Assembly: GCA_050250895.1 (NCBI GenBank)
Contig: JBFWNU010000003.1
Coordinates: 459,302-523,301 of the forward strand
Reading direction: 5' to 3'
DNA length: 64,000 bases
Source of the DNA: Vulcanimicrobiota bacterium
Lineage (GTDB): Bacteria; Vulcanimicrobiota; Xenobia; Xenobiales; JADMJV01
Both the position numbers and the translations under genes were made by a program. Under the pieces are notes generated by a model. It was not told where the DNA came from, searched no databases, and saw only the letters and a list, made by a program, of their open reading frames with translations. Positions 47,493 through 56,442 of the stretch are shown here, in pieces. Every line of letters starts with the position of its first letter. Position 1 is the stretch's first letter.

Positions 47493-48840
47493 CTACGCCC
47501 CCCAAAAGTCCGCTAACCTTGGGACGCCAACGCCGTCGCCGAGGAGAACCCCCTCTTCAACATCGCCGCACGAATTTTTGCAGCGACACTTGCCAACAAG
47601 CGTAAGCCCTTCCCTCTCGACCTTGCTGAGCGCCAAACTTACCTGGAATCTAAGCCCTGCCGATGCACCATCAAGGACTGGCTCAGCCCTAAAACCCTGC
47701 GCGTCCTGTGTAACGGTATAAACTAGTGGCAAAAGAAACTTCACGCCATTGACACTACTTGGATCGAATTTGATTCCAAGTTCTTCACGGGGATTCCTCA
47801 AGAGGGATGGGTCAATCTCGACAGCTGAAGGATAGATTCTAATTGTCCCGACCGCGCGCGTGAATGTCGCATTTGGACCACCCAAATCTATCGCCCAGTC
47901 TGCTAGTTGGTCATAGCCGTCCGGGCACAAACAGTTGCCTTTGAAGAAGATTCGACCACCAAATCCACGCGCCTCACGACCATTGATAGTTCCGGCGCTT
48001 GGTGGCAGGTCGAAGTGATCCTGAATTGGGATGTAACCAAGTCCGCGAGCATCCACTGAGTTCACCGGATTTCCACCAACGTACCCATATGGCCCCAACC
48101 CGCCTGCGAAACCAATCGGGTCGCGGTTCAAGAACCGGCCCAGCCTGGCATCGTAGTGCCTCGCCCGCATATACAGCAGGTTGGTGAGTGCCGAATCGTC
48201 ATGCACGCCAAGCCCACCGACAAAGGTCTTCGGGCTCGACCCCGAGCCAGTCTTTGTCTGCTCACCAAACTCGAGATACTCGTAGGCAGCAACTTCGTCA
48301 CCGCTGCCGTCGACCACGATTCGAACCGAAGTTAAGCCGTCGGTCAGCAGGTAGAAAAAGTCGCCACCGCTCTCGAAGCCCATCAACTGGTGGCCCATCA
48401 GGTAGTTGAACTCCACCGGCGAGCCCACGGCCGGCGTCTCCACCTCGTTCAGTGTCGGCAAGCCAGAGTAGAAGCTCTCGGTCACCGTCTCGTCGTCGAG
48501 GATCTTCGCTTTGCGGATGCCGCCGGCATCATAGGTGTGCAGCACCTTGGTGTCGGCGGGACTGAAGGCCACCCGAATCAGGTTGTCCTGGTCGTCCCAA
48601 CGATAGGCGATGGTGTCGCTGGTGGCCGCGTCGGTCCTCAGCGTCATGTTACCGTCGTCGTCGTAGGCAAAGGTCTCCACCGATGTCGTGAAATCTCCTT
48701 CGTCCCGAGAATGGAAGGTCCCGGAGAAGATCTCCTGGAGTGGATTCGCGTCGTCATCGTCGTAAAGGTAGCTCACGCTAGCTCCATGGTCGTCCATGAA
48801 CTTGCGGTTGTCGGACTCATCGTATTGATAAGTTCGCTGT
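47493..48840 (-). pseudogene. 5'-truncated (orphan) Rhs core with unknown C-terminal toxin domain
   Basis: YD repeats, RHYDARLGRFLNRDPIGFAGG...NPVNSVDARGL. The YD frame continues upstream of ATG 48797 to an in-frame TAG at 48858-48860. Confidence 0.85.
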
Positions 48841-49029
48841 GCAGACGGGGTAGCCCCCTACGGTGAATCTAGCCACGATTTCGCTGTCGGTGGGATGACG
48901 AGCTCGGCGGTGGGTCGCAACCCTTCGAGCGGTGAAGCCGCGCCAGGGCTACGACGCGCAGCGTCGAGTACCTCAAAGACTCGAGCCGTAGCGTGCAGCG
49001 AAGGCTCGCTCCCCTCTGGCGCAGCCCCG

Positions 49030-50186
49030 TCAGCTCTCGAACTGGCGACCATCGCGGTCCCGGAAAGTCAGGTCATCGGGAGCCGTTCCTTCGATGAAGA
49101 GAAGGCCGTCGTGGACGTTGCGGTGGCAGCCCGTGCAGAGGAAGATCAGGTTGGCCGGCACCGTCAGGCCGCCCAGGGCGAAGAATCGGATATGGTGGGA
49201 TTGTAGCCAGATATGGTTGGGGCAGTCGGGCGTCTGGCAGCAGTAGCAGTCGCGAATCTTGAGGGCCTCGGTCTGGGCAGGAGTGAGCCCACGGGCGTCA
49301 GGGTTGAATTTCAGCCGCGGCGAGAGCTCCCAGTGCGCGTTGGCCCGGCAAGCCAACTGCACTGAGGAGTTGCCGGGACACGCCTCCCCATCGACTGCCG
49401 TCGTGGCCATGAAGAAATCGTCCCCCGGGGGACGAATGCCCAGCTCCTGGGCCAACTCATGCGCCCTCTGAATCGGGCCGGCCAGTTTGCGCTGGCGCGA
49501 AGCCGCCACCGCGGCCGCTCTGGCCCGCATCGCCTCGAGGTCCTTTTCGGTGACCGGGGCGGTCTGCAAACGCTGGGCCAGCACGAAGGCCAAGGCTTCT
49601 TTCAGCTCTACCTTGCGCCCCAGCTCGAGGGAAAGCGAATGTAGAACCAACTTCAGCAGTTCAGCCGTCTCGGGGTCGAGGTGGAGGGTGATTTCTTCGC
49701 TTTCGATCTGGGTGGGCTGCAGTTCGCCGGGCAAGCCTCCTTTGGGAGTGGCGGCCACCAGTTGGCGAATCACCGAGGTGGAGTAACTCGAAGCCAGCTC
49801 GAGCCAGAGCTGCTCGGTTGTGGGGGTGGCTTTACTGGCGATCTCCCGCAGCTTGGCCCAACCGACGTCGCCCCGCTCGGCGGCCGCGGTGAGTTGGGGC
49901 AGGCCTTCGAGTTGGCGGGCCACGCGGCGACAGGCATTGGCCTCTTTCTTGGTCACTCCCAGCAGGCGGATAGCATAGTGGATGGGGCCACTGAGCCAAA
50001 GTCTTGATAGCGGCCGGTGGCTTGCAGGGCCAGCAAGCAGCGACCCAGGATGATGCGATGAATCACCAGGCCGGTGGCAGAGCGCCGGGCTCTTGGGTTC
50101 GACGTGGTCTGGGGGCGTGGCCGAGCGGTCGCTCCCGAGCGCGTTTGAGTCACGCCCACCCCTTCGCCCTTACAGTCCTTGCTCAC
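49030..50186 (-). pseudogene. DUF222-like HNH endonuclease, frameshifted near 49995
   Basis: RDCYCCQTPDC...SHHI...GGLTVPANLIFLCTGCHRNVH. The N-terminal part (GRCLLAL..YQDFG) is in a different frame from IHYAIRLLG. True start uncertain. Confidence 0.75.
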
Positions 50187-50191
50187 GTCCC
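50096..50191. repeat. Degenerate direct repeat, copy 2
   Basis: Same conserved blocks as 46707-46790. Confidence 0.8.
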
Positions 50192-50291
50192 TGGCCGCGC
50201 GAGGCGCCGGCTCTTCCCGGTAACGAGGCCACCGCTCAACTGGCGGCGTCTCGGTTGATTTGCTTTTGCCAGCAGGAAACCAGCAAGCGCG

Positions 50292-50375
50292 CCGTCTACC
50301 GTCTACCGTCTACCGTCTACCGTCTACCGTCTACCGTCTACCGTCTACCGTCTACCGTCTACCGTCTACCGTCTA
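50292..50375. repeat. Perfect heptamer tandem repeat (CCGTCTA)x12
   Basis: Counted directly; 84 bp, intergenic. Confidence 0.97.
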
Positions 50376-50377
50376 TC

Positions 50378-51367
50378 TCAGTGCGTCGCCCAGATAAGAC
50401 CCGTCTGCTCGCCGGCCAGAAAGAAGACCGGCGGCTCGTTCGAGAGGCGATACGCCACCGGCTTAGCCGGCAGGCGTTCAACCAGGTCGTCGGCCACTTG
50501 CGTCAGCAGCTTGTCGCGCTCTTTGCGGGCTCGCTTGCTGCGTTTGGTGGGGGCCAGGTTGCCCTCTTCGTCGGGCTCGCCATAGTCTTCCATGAGATGG
50601 CTGGTGAGCCAGGCGGCCAGCTTGTCGGCTGGAATGGCCCGGCGCGAGTCGCGGATGGCCGCCGGGGTGAGAGGCTCGAGTTCGGGAATGAGCCCTTGCA
50701 CGTAAGCCAGCAGGGCCTGGCATTCGGCCTCGTCGAGGGTTTCGGGCAGCGAGCTGGTCGAGGAAACGACGTCGACCACATAGAGCGACGGGCTCTGGTC
50801 TTGCTCGCGACCAAAGCGCGATTCGAGCTTGACCAGGCGCTTGAGCGCCTTGAGCATGTCGTCTGAGAGTTGGGCGGTAGTCAGGTCGGCGGCCCAGGCG
50901 GAATTGACCTCGACCGGCTCAGCCTCGACGGTCTCGGGCTCGGCTTCGACCACCGCGACCGGGGAGGTCAGCTTTTCGGCGAAGTGGCGGTCGACTTCTT
51001 CGACGATGGCCTTGGCCCGGGCCACCACGTCCGAGCGCGAGCCGCGGGACTCGGCCGGGGCAAAGGTCAGGCGCGCACACTCGTCACACATGAGGTGCAG
51101 CTGGCGGCCGTCCTGATGGGCTTTGAGTTCGCGGGCCTGGCCGCAGCGAGGACAGGCCCGTAACTTCGGAGCCTGTCCCAGGCCGCGCAGGGTGCGAGCC
51201 AACGGGATGGGGAAGGTGATGTCTTCGTAGAAATACACCACGTAGGCCAGGGCTCCGAGCGGGCCAAAGAAGATCAGCACGCCCAGCCAGAAGCGGGGCC
51301 GCTTGTTCTGGGCCCAATCGATGATCAGCAAGACGTTGAGCAGCCAAAGCAACAGCACGGGAAACAT
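50378..51367 (-). CDS. Hypothetical protein with an N-terminal 2-TM (PLDc_N-like) segment and zinc ribbon
   Basis: FWLGVLIFFGPLGALAY; CPRC...CDEC. Confidence 0.7.
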   Translation of the reverse strand: MFPVLLLWLLNVLLIIDWAQNKRPRFWLGVLIFFGPLGALAYVVYFYEDITFPIPLARTLRGLGQAPKLRACPRCGQARELKAHQDGRQLHLMCDECARLTFAPAESRGSRSDVVARAKAIVEEVDRHFAEKLTSPVAVVEAEPETVEAEPVEVNSAWAADLTTAQLSDDMLKALKRLVKLESRFGREQDQSPSLYVVDVVSSTSSLPETLDEAECQALLAYVQGLIPELEPLTPAAIRDSRRAIPADKLAAWLTSHLMEDYGEPDEEGNLAPTKRSKRARKERDKLLTQVADDLVERLPAKPVAYRLSNEPPVFFLAGEQTGLIWATH

Positions 51368-51403
51368 TCTGGCTTCTTTCCGGCCGGCCCGCCGTCATCC
51401 TTC

Positions 51404-52414
51404 TCAGGGCTTGTGTTGAAGCTCGTCGGGCGAACGCTCGACATCGAGCGGGACGAGTTCGAGCGTCCATTCGAGGGGCACCTGGGCAGGCGGATGACAG
51501 ACCTGATCGGTGCAGGTCTGTAGCCTTAGCTGAGCCTGAATCGAGAGAGGCCGAGGCTCTTTGAGAGTCTTGCGCCACTCGCCCGCAGAGTCGATTTTGA
51601 GCACGGCCTGCAGGCGCACTTTGCCTTGATAGACGGGTACGGTTTCGCCGAACAGCTCGAGGGGTTGGCCGGGCGGGTACTCGATCGATTCCACCTGAAG
51701 TTCGGGCTGGCGAGCGAATTCCAGGCTGACCGGGATGGCCTCGGTCGTGCCCGGGGCGTAGGCGTGCAGACCCGGCGGGAATTCGAGTTCGAGGGTCAGC
51801 GTGAAGCGACTGCCCACGGTCACCCGCCGGTCGCTCTGGGCCAGGCGCACCTCGGCGCCGGCTACCGACTGCTGGGTCGTGCGCGCGAGAGAGTCGGGAA
51901 AGAGGCTCCCCAAGACGCTGGCCGGGGTGGGCCGGTCGCGGTAGCTCTCTTCCAGGAAGACCTCTTGCACCACCCCCTGCGGGTCGAGGTAAAGGATAGC
52001 CGGGAGGGCGACTCCTTTGCCGATGCCGGTTGCTTCGTCGTTGCGCAGCCCGATGGCTTCCAAGTATTCGGACTGGGGGTCGGCCAGCAGCGGGTATTGG
52101 ATGGCCTTGCGTTGCGAGAATTCGGCCAGGATGGCCGGGCTATCGTAGGAGAGGGCGGCCACCCCCAGGCCTCGTTGCTGGAAGTCGGCCAGGGACTGTT
52201 GCAACTGGACCAGCTGCACTTTGCAGTAGGGTCACCAATCGGCCGACCGAAAGACCACCAGGATCAGGCCCTGGGGGCCGGCCAGACCTTCGAGGCTTTG
52301 AGGGTGGCCGAACTGGTCTGCCCCCTGCAGCGGGGGCAGACGGTCGCCCCGGCCCGGGGCGGCGCCGGCCGCCAGCGACAGCGCGGCCAACAGGGGTAGC
52401 AGCCAACCTCTCAC
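51404..52414 (-). CDS. Probable selenoprotein: exported AhpC/TSA (peroxiredoxin-like) domain with UPYC plus a DsbD-N-like domain
   Basis: The two track ORFs join in frame through TGA 52232-52234: VVFRSADW-U-PYCKVQL. Hairpin at 52200-52218; C-terminal QTCTDQVCHPP. Confidence 0.85.
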
Positions 52415-53538
52415 TTGGCCGGAACCACTTTATAGAGGAACAGCTTGGCCGGGTCGCTGGGGCCGGCCTTGTGAACGATGGCGGCTTTGGTGTTGTCGTT
52501 GCTAAAGCGCAGGGACTGCACCGGAATGTCGGCCTCGGTATAGGTCTTGATCGGCTTGAGGGCGTCCTTGGTGGTGACCAGGAACTGGGTAGCCACGCCG
52601 TACGGCTGCATCGGTTGAGACAGGTCGGCTGTCGAGATGACGAAGCCGTAGTACGGCTTCCACAGATATTTGGGCAGATAGGCGATGGTCTTCTGGCCCA
52701 GCTCATGGTTGGCCAGGTACTTGCCGGTCCAGGTATTGACCAGGTAGGCTCCGGCGTTGACCGTGGGGGGGAACACGAAGTAGGTGACCAGCACGTGGCC
52801 GCCGCCGTATTCGAAGTTGATGCCGGTATAGGTGGTCTTGTCCTGGATTTTCTTGTCGGCCGGCACGTCGTCGAGGATGGTGGTCACCTTGTCGGTGTCG
52901 AGGTTGATGATGCCGGCCACGTGCTCGAACTTGTTGTTGGGCGGAACCAGCGCTCGCGAATAGGCCAGCAGGCGCACGGTGGGCTTGTTGGGCGGCGTGT
53001 AGACGAGGATGTCCAGGCCGCTGATGTTTTCACCTTTCTGATACTGCTTGAGCTTTTTGCCGGCGGCCAGATCCCACAGGGCGATCCCGTCAGAGGTGCC
53101 CAGCGCCAGCAGGTTCTGCTTGGGACCGTAGGCATAGCCCCAGATCTTTTTGGGGTCGGCCTTGAGGTCGAGCTCTTTGACCACCTTGCCGGCGCGCCAG
53201 TCGATGGTCTTCATGGGCAAGATATTGCGCAGCAACAGCAGGTGCTTGCCGTCGAGGGAGAAGTCGAGTCCGTCGGGCGAGTCCACTCCGTGAACGCTCT
53301 CGGGGATCTCCGCCACCACCTTCTGGGTCTTGACGTCCCACACGGTGAGCATCTTGGCACCGTGAATGTAGGCGGCTACATAGGCTCCATCAGGCGAGAA
53401 GGCGGGCTTGGAGATCGAGAAAGGGTCTTCGCCGGGCAGCTGCACGGGCTCGACGAATTGGGGGGGCACCGGCACCACTTCGGCCATGGCCAGGGCGCTG
53501 GTGAGAAGAACGAGGAGAAAGATCTTCAGTCTGGTCAT
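52411..53538 (-). CDS. Exported WD40-like beta-propeller protein
   Basis: Signal peptide MTRLKIFLLVLLTSALAMA; AFSPDG, LTVWD and IALWD. Confidence 0.8.
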   Translation of the reverse strand: MTRLKIFLLVLLTSALAMAEVVPVPPQFVEPVQLPGEDPFSISKPAFSPDGAYVAAYIHGAKMLTVWDVKTQKVVAEIPESVHGVDSPDGLDFSLDGKHLLLLRNILPMKTIDWRAGKVVKELDLKADPKKIWGYAYGPKQNLLALGTSDGIALWDLAAGKKLKQYQKGENISGLDILVYTPPNKPTVRLLAYSRALVPPNNKFEHVAGIINLDTDKVTTILDDVPADKKIQDKTTYTGINFEYGGGHVLVTYFVFPPTVNAGAYLVNTWTGKYLANHELGQKTIAYLPKYLWKPYYGFVISTADLSQPMQPYGVATQFLVTTKDALKPIKTYTEADIPVQSLRFSNDNTKAAIVHKAGPSDPAKLFLYKVVPAK

Positions 53539-55028
53539 GGCCCCGGCTTCCCGTCCGACCGTGGGTCTCCTCCCGTGAGCCACTCCCAGGTTGCCCCCAC
53601 CAGCACACCGCAAAGGTGGCCCGACGAACTCACGATGGGGGTGAGCTGATCGAAGGTCAGCTGCAAAAGCAAGATCAGGCCCAATCCGCGCAGTTGCCGG
53701 CTCAGAGTAGGCGAGGGGTGGCGCCGGTGGCGTCGGGCTATCAGCACGGTGCTGGCTCCGATCAGCCCCATCAGTCCCACCGAGGCTCCCACCACCAGAC
53801 CGGGTTCGGCCTGGTGGAAGTCGGCGTAGGCCAGCACCAGCGCCAGCCCGCCCACTCCCGAGACCAGAAAGCAGGCCAGGCCGCGTCCCCACCCCCGAGC
53901 CCCTTCATAGAAGCGCGCAAACAGCGCCAGACCGCCCAGGTTCATCAGCAGATGGAGCACCCCCGCATGCAGAAAGTTGGCCGTGAAAAGTCGCCAGTAT
54001 TCGCCCTCGAGGGCTCGGGACGGAAAGACCATGGCCCCGCACCGGTAGAGCACTTCGCCCCAGCTTCCCGGTTGAGCGGTCTCGTAGAGATAGCAAGCAA
54101 TCTGGATGGTGGCGAGGGCTCGCCACAGTCCCCGATTCTGCTCACCCGGGCGCCCTAAAGTGCCCACCTCGCGCACCTCGGAAAGGTCCTGGCCCGTCTG
54201 TTCGAAGAGTCTATCCGCCTGGGGCCAGGGGGGAGGGGCCTGAGATGTCTGCTGGCCGTAGCGGGGCGACTCCTGGGGGAACTCAACCTCTTGACCGGCG
54301 GCCTGGCGAGCCACCGTCAGCCAGTCTTCGGCAACCCGGACGGGGAAGGCGGCCAGGGGGCCTTTCAGCAGCTCTTCGCAGACCTCGACCTGACCCAGAT
54401 AGGCGGCCGCAAACAGGTAGGCACAGTGGCGATTGTAGCTGTTTTCAGGGGGATGGGCGAGTAACTCGCCCACCATCTCGTGATAGTGTCCCAACTCGCC
54501 CAGGGCGCGCAGGTTGGCCAGTCGGCCCGACTCGGTCCGCTCTGGTTCGGGCAGGGCCTTCCACCATTGCACCAGGTCCTGCCAGCGCCGCCCCGAGCGT
54601 AGCACCTCGAGTTCGGCCGCCTGGGCCAGTGGCGAGTCGGTCTCTCGCAACTGTTGTAGCAGTTTGTCCGCCTCGACCCGGCGCCCGGCCACCGAGTGGC
54701 CCAGGGCCTCGGCATAAGTCGGATAGTCGCGCCAGCCATCCCAGGGATAGATACGCCGGATCCAGCGTCCGTAGCTGGCCGACCTTTCAAAGTCGAGCCC
54801 TTCGGCGGCCAGGCTGGCGCGCCCCATCAACCAGCCGGGCAGCACCACCAGCAACAACCAGAACGAACCGACCAGACTGCCCGCCCACTCGAATCCGGCC
54901 AGCACTAGGCCAACCAGCGCGAGCAGCAGGGCCAGTTGGATGCGGGCGCGCGCTCCGCGGCGGGACTGGACGACTCCGAACAGGCAAGAGGCCCCGACCA
55001 TCCAGCGTGCTACCCACTCGATTTCCAT
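53535..55028 (-). CDS. Rhomboid intramembrane serine protease with N-terminal helical domain
   Basis: EYWRLFTANFLHAGVLHLLMN, VGAS and GHLCG. Confidence 0.92.
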   Translation of the reverse strand: MEIEWVARWMVGASCLFGVVQSRRGARARIQLALLLALVGLVLAGFEWAGSLVGSFWLLLVVLPGWLMGRASLAAEGLDFERSASYGRWIRRIYPWDGWRDYPTYAEALGHSVAGRRVEADKLLQQLRETDSPLAQAAELEVLRSGRRWQDLVQWWKALPEPERTESGRLANLRALGELGHYHEMVGELLAHPPENSYNRHCAYLFAAAYLGQVEVCEELLKGPLAAFPVRVAEDWLTVARQAAGQEVEFPQESPRYGQQTSQAPPPWPQADRLFEQTGQDLSEVREVGTLGRPGEQNRGLWRALATIQIACYLYETAQPGSWGEVLYRCGAMVFPSRALEGEYWRLFTANFLHAGVLHLLMNLGGLALFARFYEGARGWGRGLACFLVSGVGGLALVLAYADFHQAEPGLVVGASVGLMGLIGASTVLIARRHRRHPSPTLSRQLRGLGLILLLQLTFDQLTPIVSSSGHLCGVLVGATWEWLTGGDPRSDGKPGP

Positions 55029-55936
55029 CAGTGCCCCCGCAGGATTCTCACCACCTGGGGCAGCGTGTTCTCGACCTGATTGCGCGAGAAATAGTCGTCT
55101 TTGCCGACATGCGTGGTGGGACCGGGACAGAGATGGCGGATCTTGCCGGCCCGCCGAGTGCGGTTCCAGGCGCTGTAGGGCATGAATCGCCAGCGACCGG
55201 GAAAGATCAGAGCTCCCAGGTCGGGCACCCAGTAGTCGCGGCTGCCCCGCAGGCTGTGGACCAGATCCACCTGCTCGATGGCTTCGTCGTCAGAAAAGAC
55301 GCCGCCCAGGGCCACGATCTCGACTCGACAGCCCAATTGCTGCTTGAGAAAAGGAGCGGCTCCCACCGCGATCTGGGCCCCTCCGCTATAGGCCAGTAAA
55401 TAGAGCGTTTGGCCGCTGCCCACGGGAAAGCCGGCCTGGCGCAGGCGACGGGCCACCTCGCGGGCCACGCCCAGATTATAGACAGGGCCGTAGCGGCGAT
55501 CGGCCGAGACCAGGAATTGGAACATATTGCGCACCACGATGAGCACGTCAAAGACATTGTTGGGCAGAGCCAGTCGACGGGCCTGCAACCAGCTCCACAG
55601 GTTGCGCAGCAGGCGGTCGCCGTCGAGCGGGTTGTTGTTGACCGAGAAGGGAAAGACATCGCAAATGACTTCGGTTCCCGGCAGTTCGGCCTCGAGGCGC
55701 TCGAGGAAGCCACGCTCGCGCCGGGCCAGAAAGTCGCCCGAAAAGCCGGCTACTCCGGTGAAATAGACCACGTAGTAGGGGGCCACCTCGCCCTGGTCGG
55801 GCGGCGGCGAGGGAACCTGCGTCAGGGTGCGGCGGGTCCAACCGGCCCACCAACCCATGGCTTCGAACGGCGACAACAGAGCGCTGACCAGCAAGAGCAA
55901 GCCAAACAGCGCGATCAGGTTGATGAGCCAGCTCAT
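55028..55936 (-). CDS. Membrane-anchored alpha/beta-hydrolase-like protein
   Basis: SPFEAMGWWAGW and AYSGGAQ nucleophile elbow. ATG 55936 overlaps the upstream stop. Confidence 0.7.
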   Translation of the reverse strand: MSWLINLIALFGLLLLVSALLSPFEAMGWWAGWTRRTLTQVPSPPPDQGEVAPYYVVYFTGVAGFSGDFLARRERGFLERLEAELPGTEVICDVFPFSVNNNPLDGDRLLRNLWSWLQARRLALPNNVFDVLIVVRNMFQFLVSADRRYGPVYNLGVAREVARRLRQAGFPVGSGQTLYLLAYSGGAQIAVGAAPFLKQQLGCRVEIVALGGVFSDDEAIEQVDLVHSLRGSRDYWVPDLGALIFPGRWRFMPYSAWNRTRRAGKIRHLCPGPTTHVGKDDYFSRNQVENTLPQVVRILRGH

Positions 55937-56442
55937 GGAACGCTCGGCCAGGGCCCTTCGGCGCCGCTGGCCCAGCTCCACAGGCGGTCCTGCAAGTCTT
56001 CCAGGCCGAACAGACGCAGATAGCTGGCGGCGGCCTCCACCAGACCGCCATAGGTGCAGCACACCAGCGATTGCCAGAAGGTGAGTTCGAACTGCCAGCC
56101 GATGCCGGCCACCACCGCCAAGAAGACGTAGATGCGCAGCAAGCGAGCCAGCCACAGGCCGAAATGAGGGATCACCGCCAGGGCGCCGAGGATGCGGGGA
56201 GCATGGCCCAGGCTGACCACGACGAACACACTCACCAGGGTGGCGCGGGTGAAGAAGTTGGCCAGAATCCAGATCGACAGGGTCCACAGGCTCACCGAGA
56301 AGACCGAAAACAGGCCGCCGGCCACCAGGCACAGAGCGAAGCGGCGCAACGGCACCCGGTTCACGAACAGGATGAACGATTGGCCCACCATTTCGGAGCA
56401 GCCGGCCAGAAACAGGACCAATAGACTGGCCAGCAGAGTCAC
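55933..56442 (-). CDS. Hypothetical polytopic membrane protein
   Basis: AGCSEMVGQSFILFVNRV; GTGA coupling to the symporter stop. Confidence 0.7.
   Translation of the reverse strand: MTLLASLLVLFLAGCSEMVGQSFILFVNRVPLRRFALCLVAGGLFSVFSVSLWTLSIWILANFFTRATLVSVFVVVSLGHAPRILGALAVIPHFGLWLARLLRIYVFLAVVAGIGWQFELTFWQSLVCCTYGGLVEAAASYLRLFGLEDLQDRLWSWASGAEGPWPSVP

Noticed and set aside
50292-50375. CRISPR array, or the track ORF containing repeated STVYRLP
   Set aside because: It is a pure 7-bp tandem repeat with no spacers and no cas genes; the peptide is just the translated repeat.
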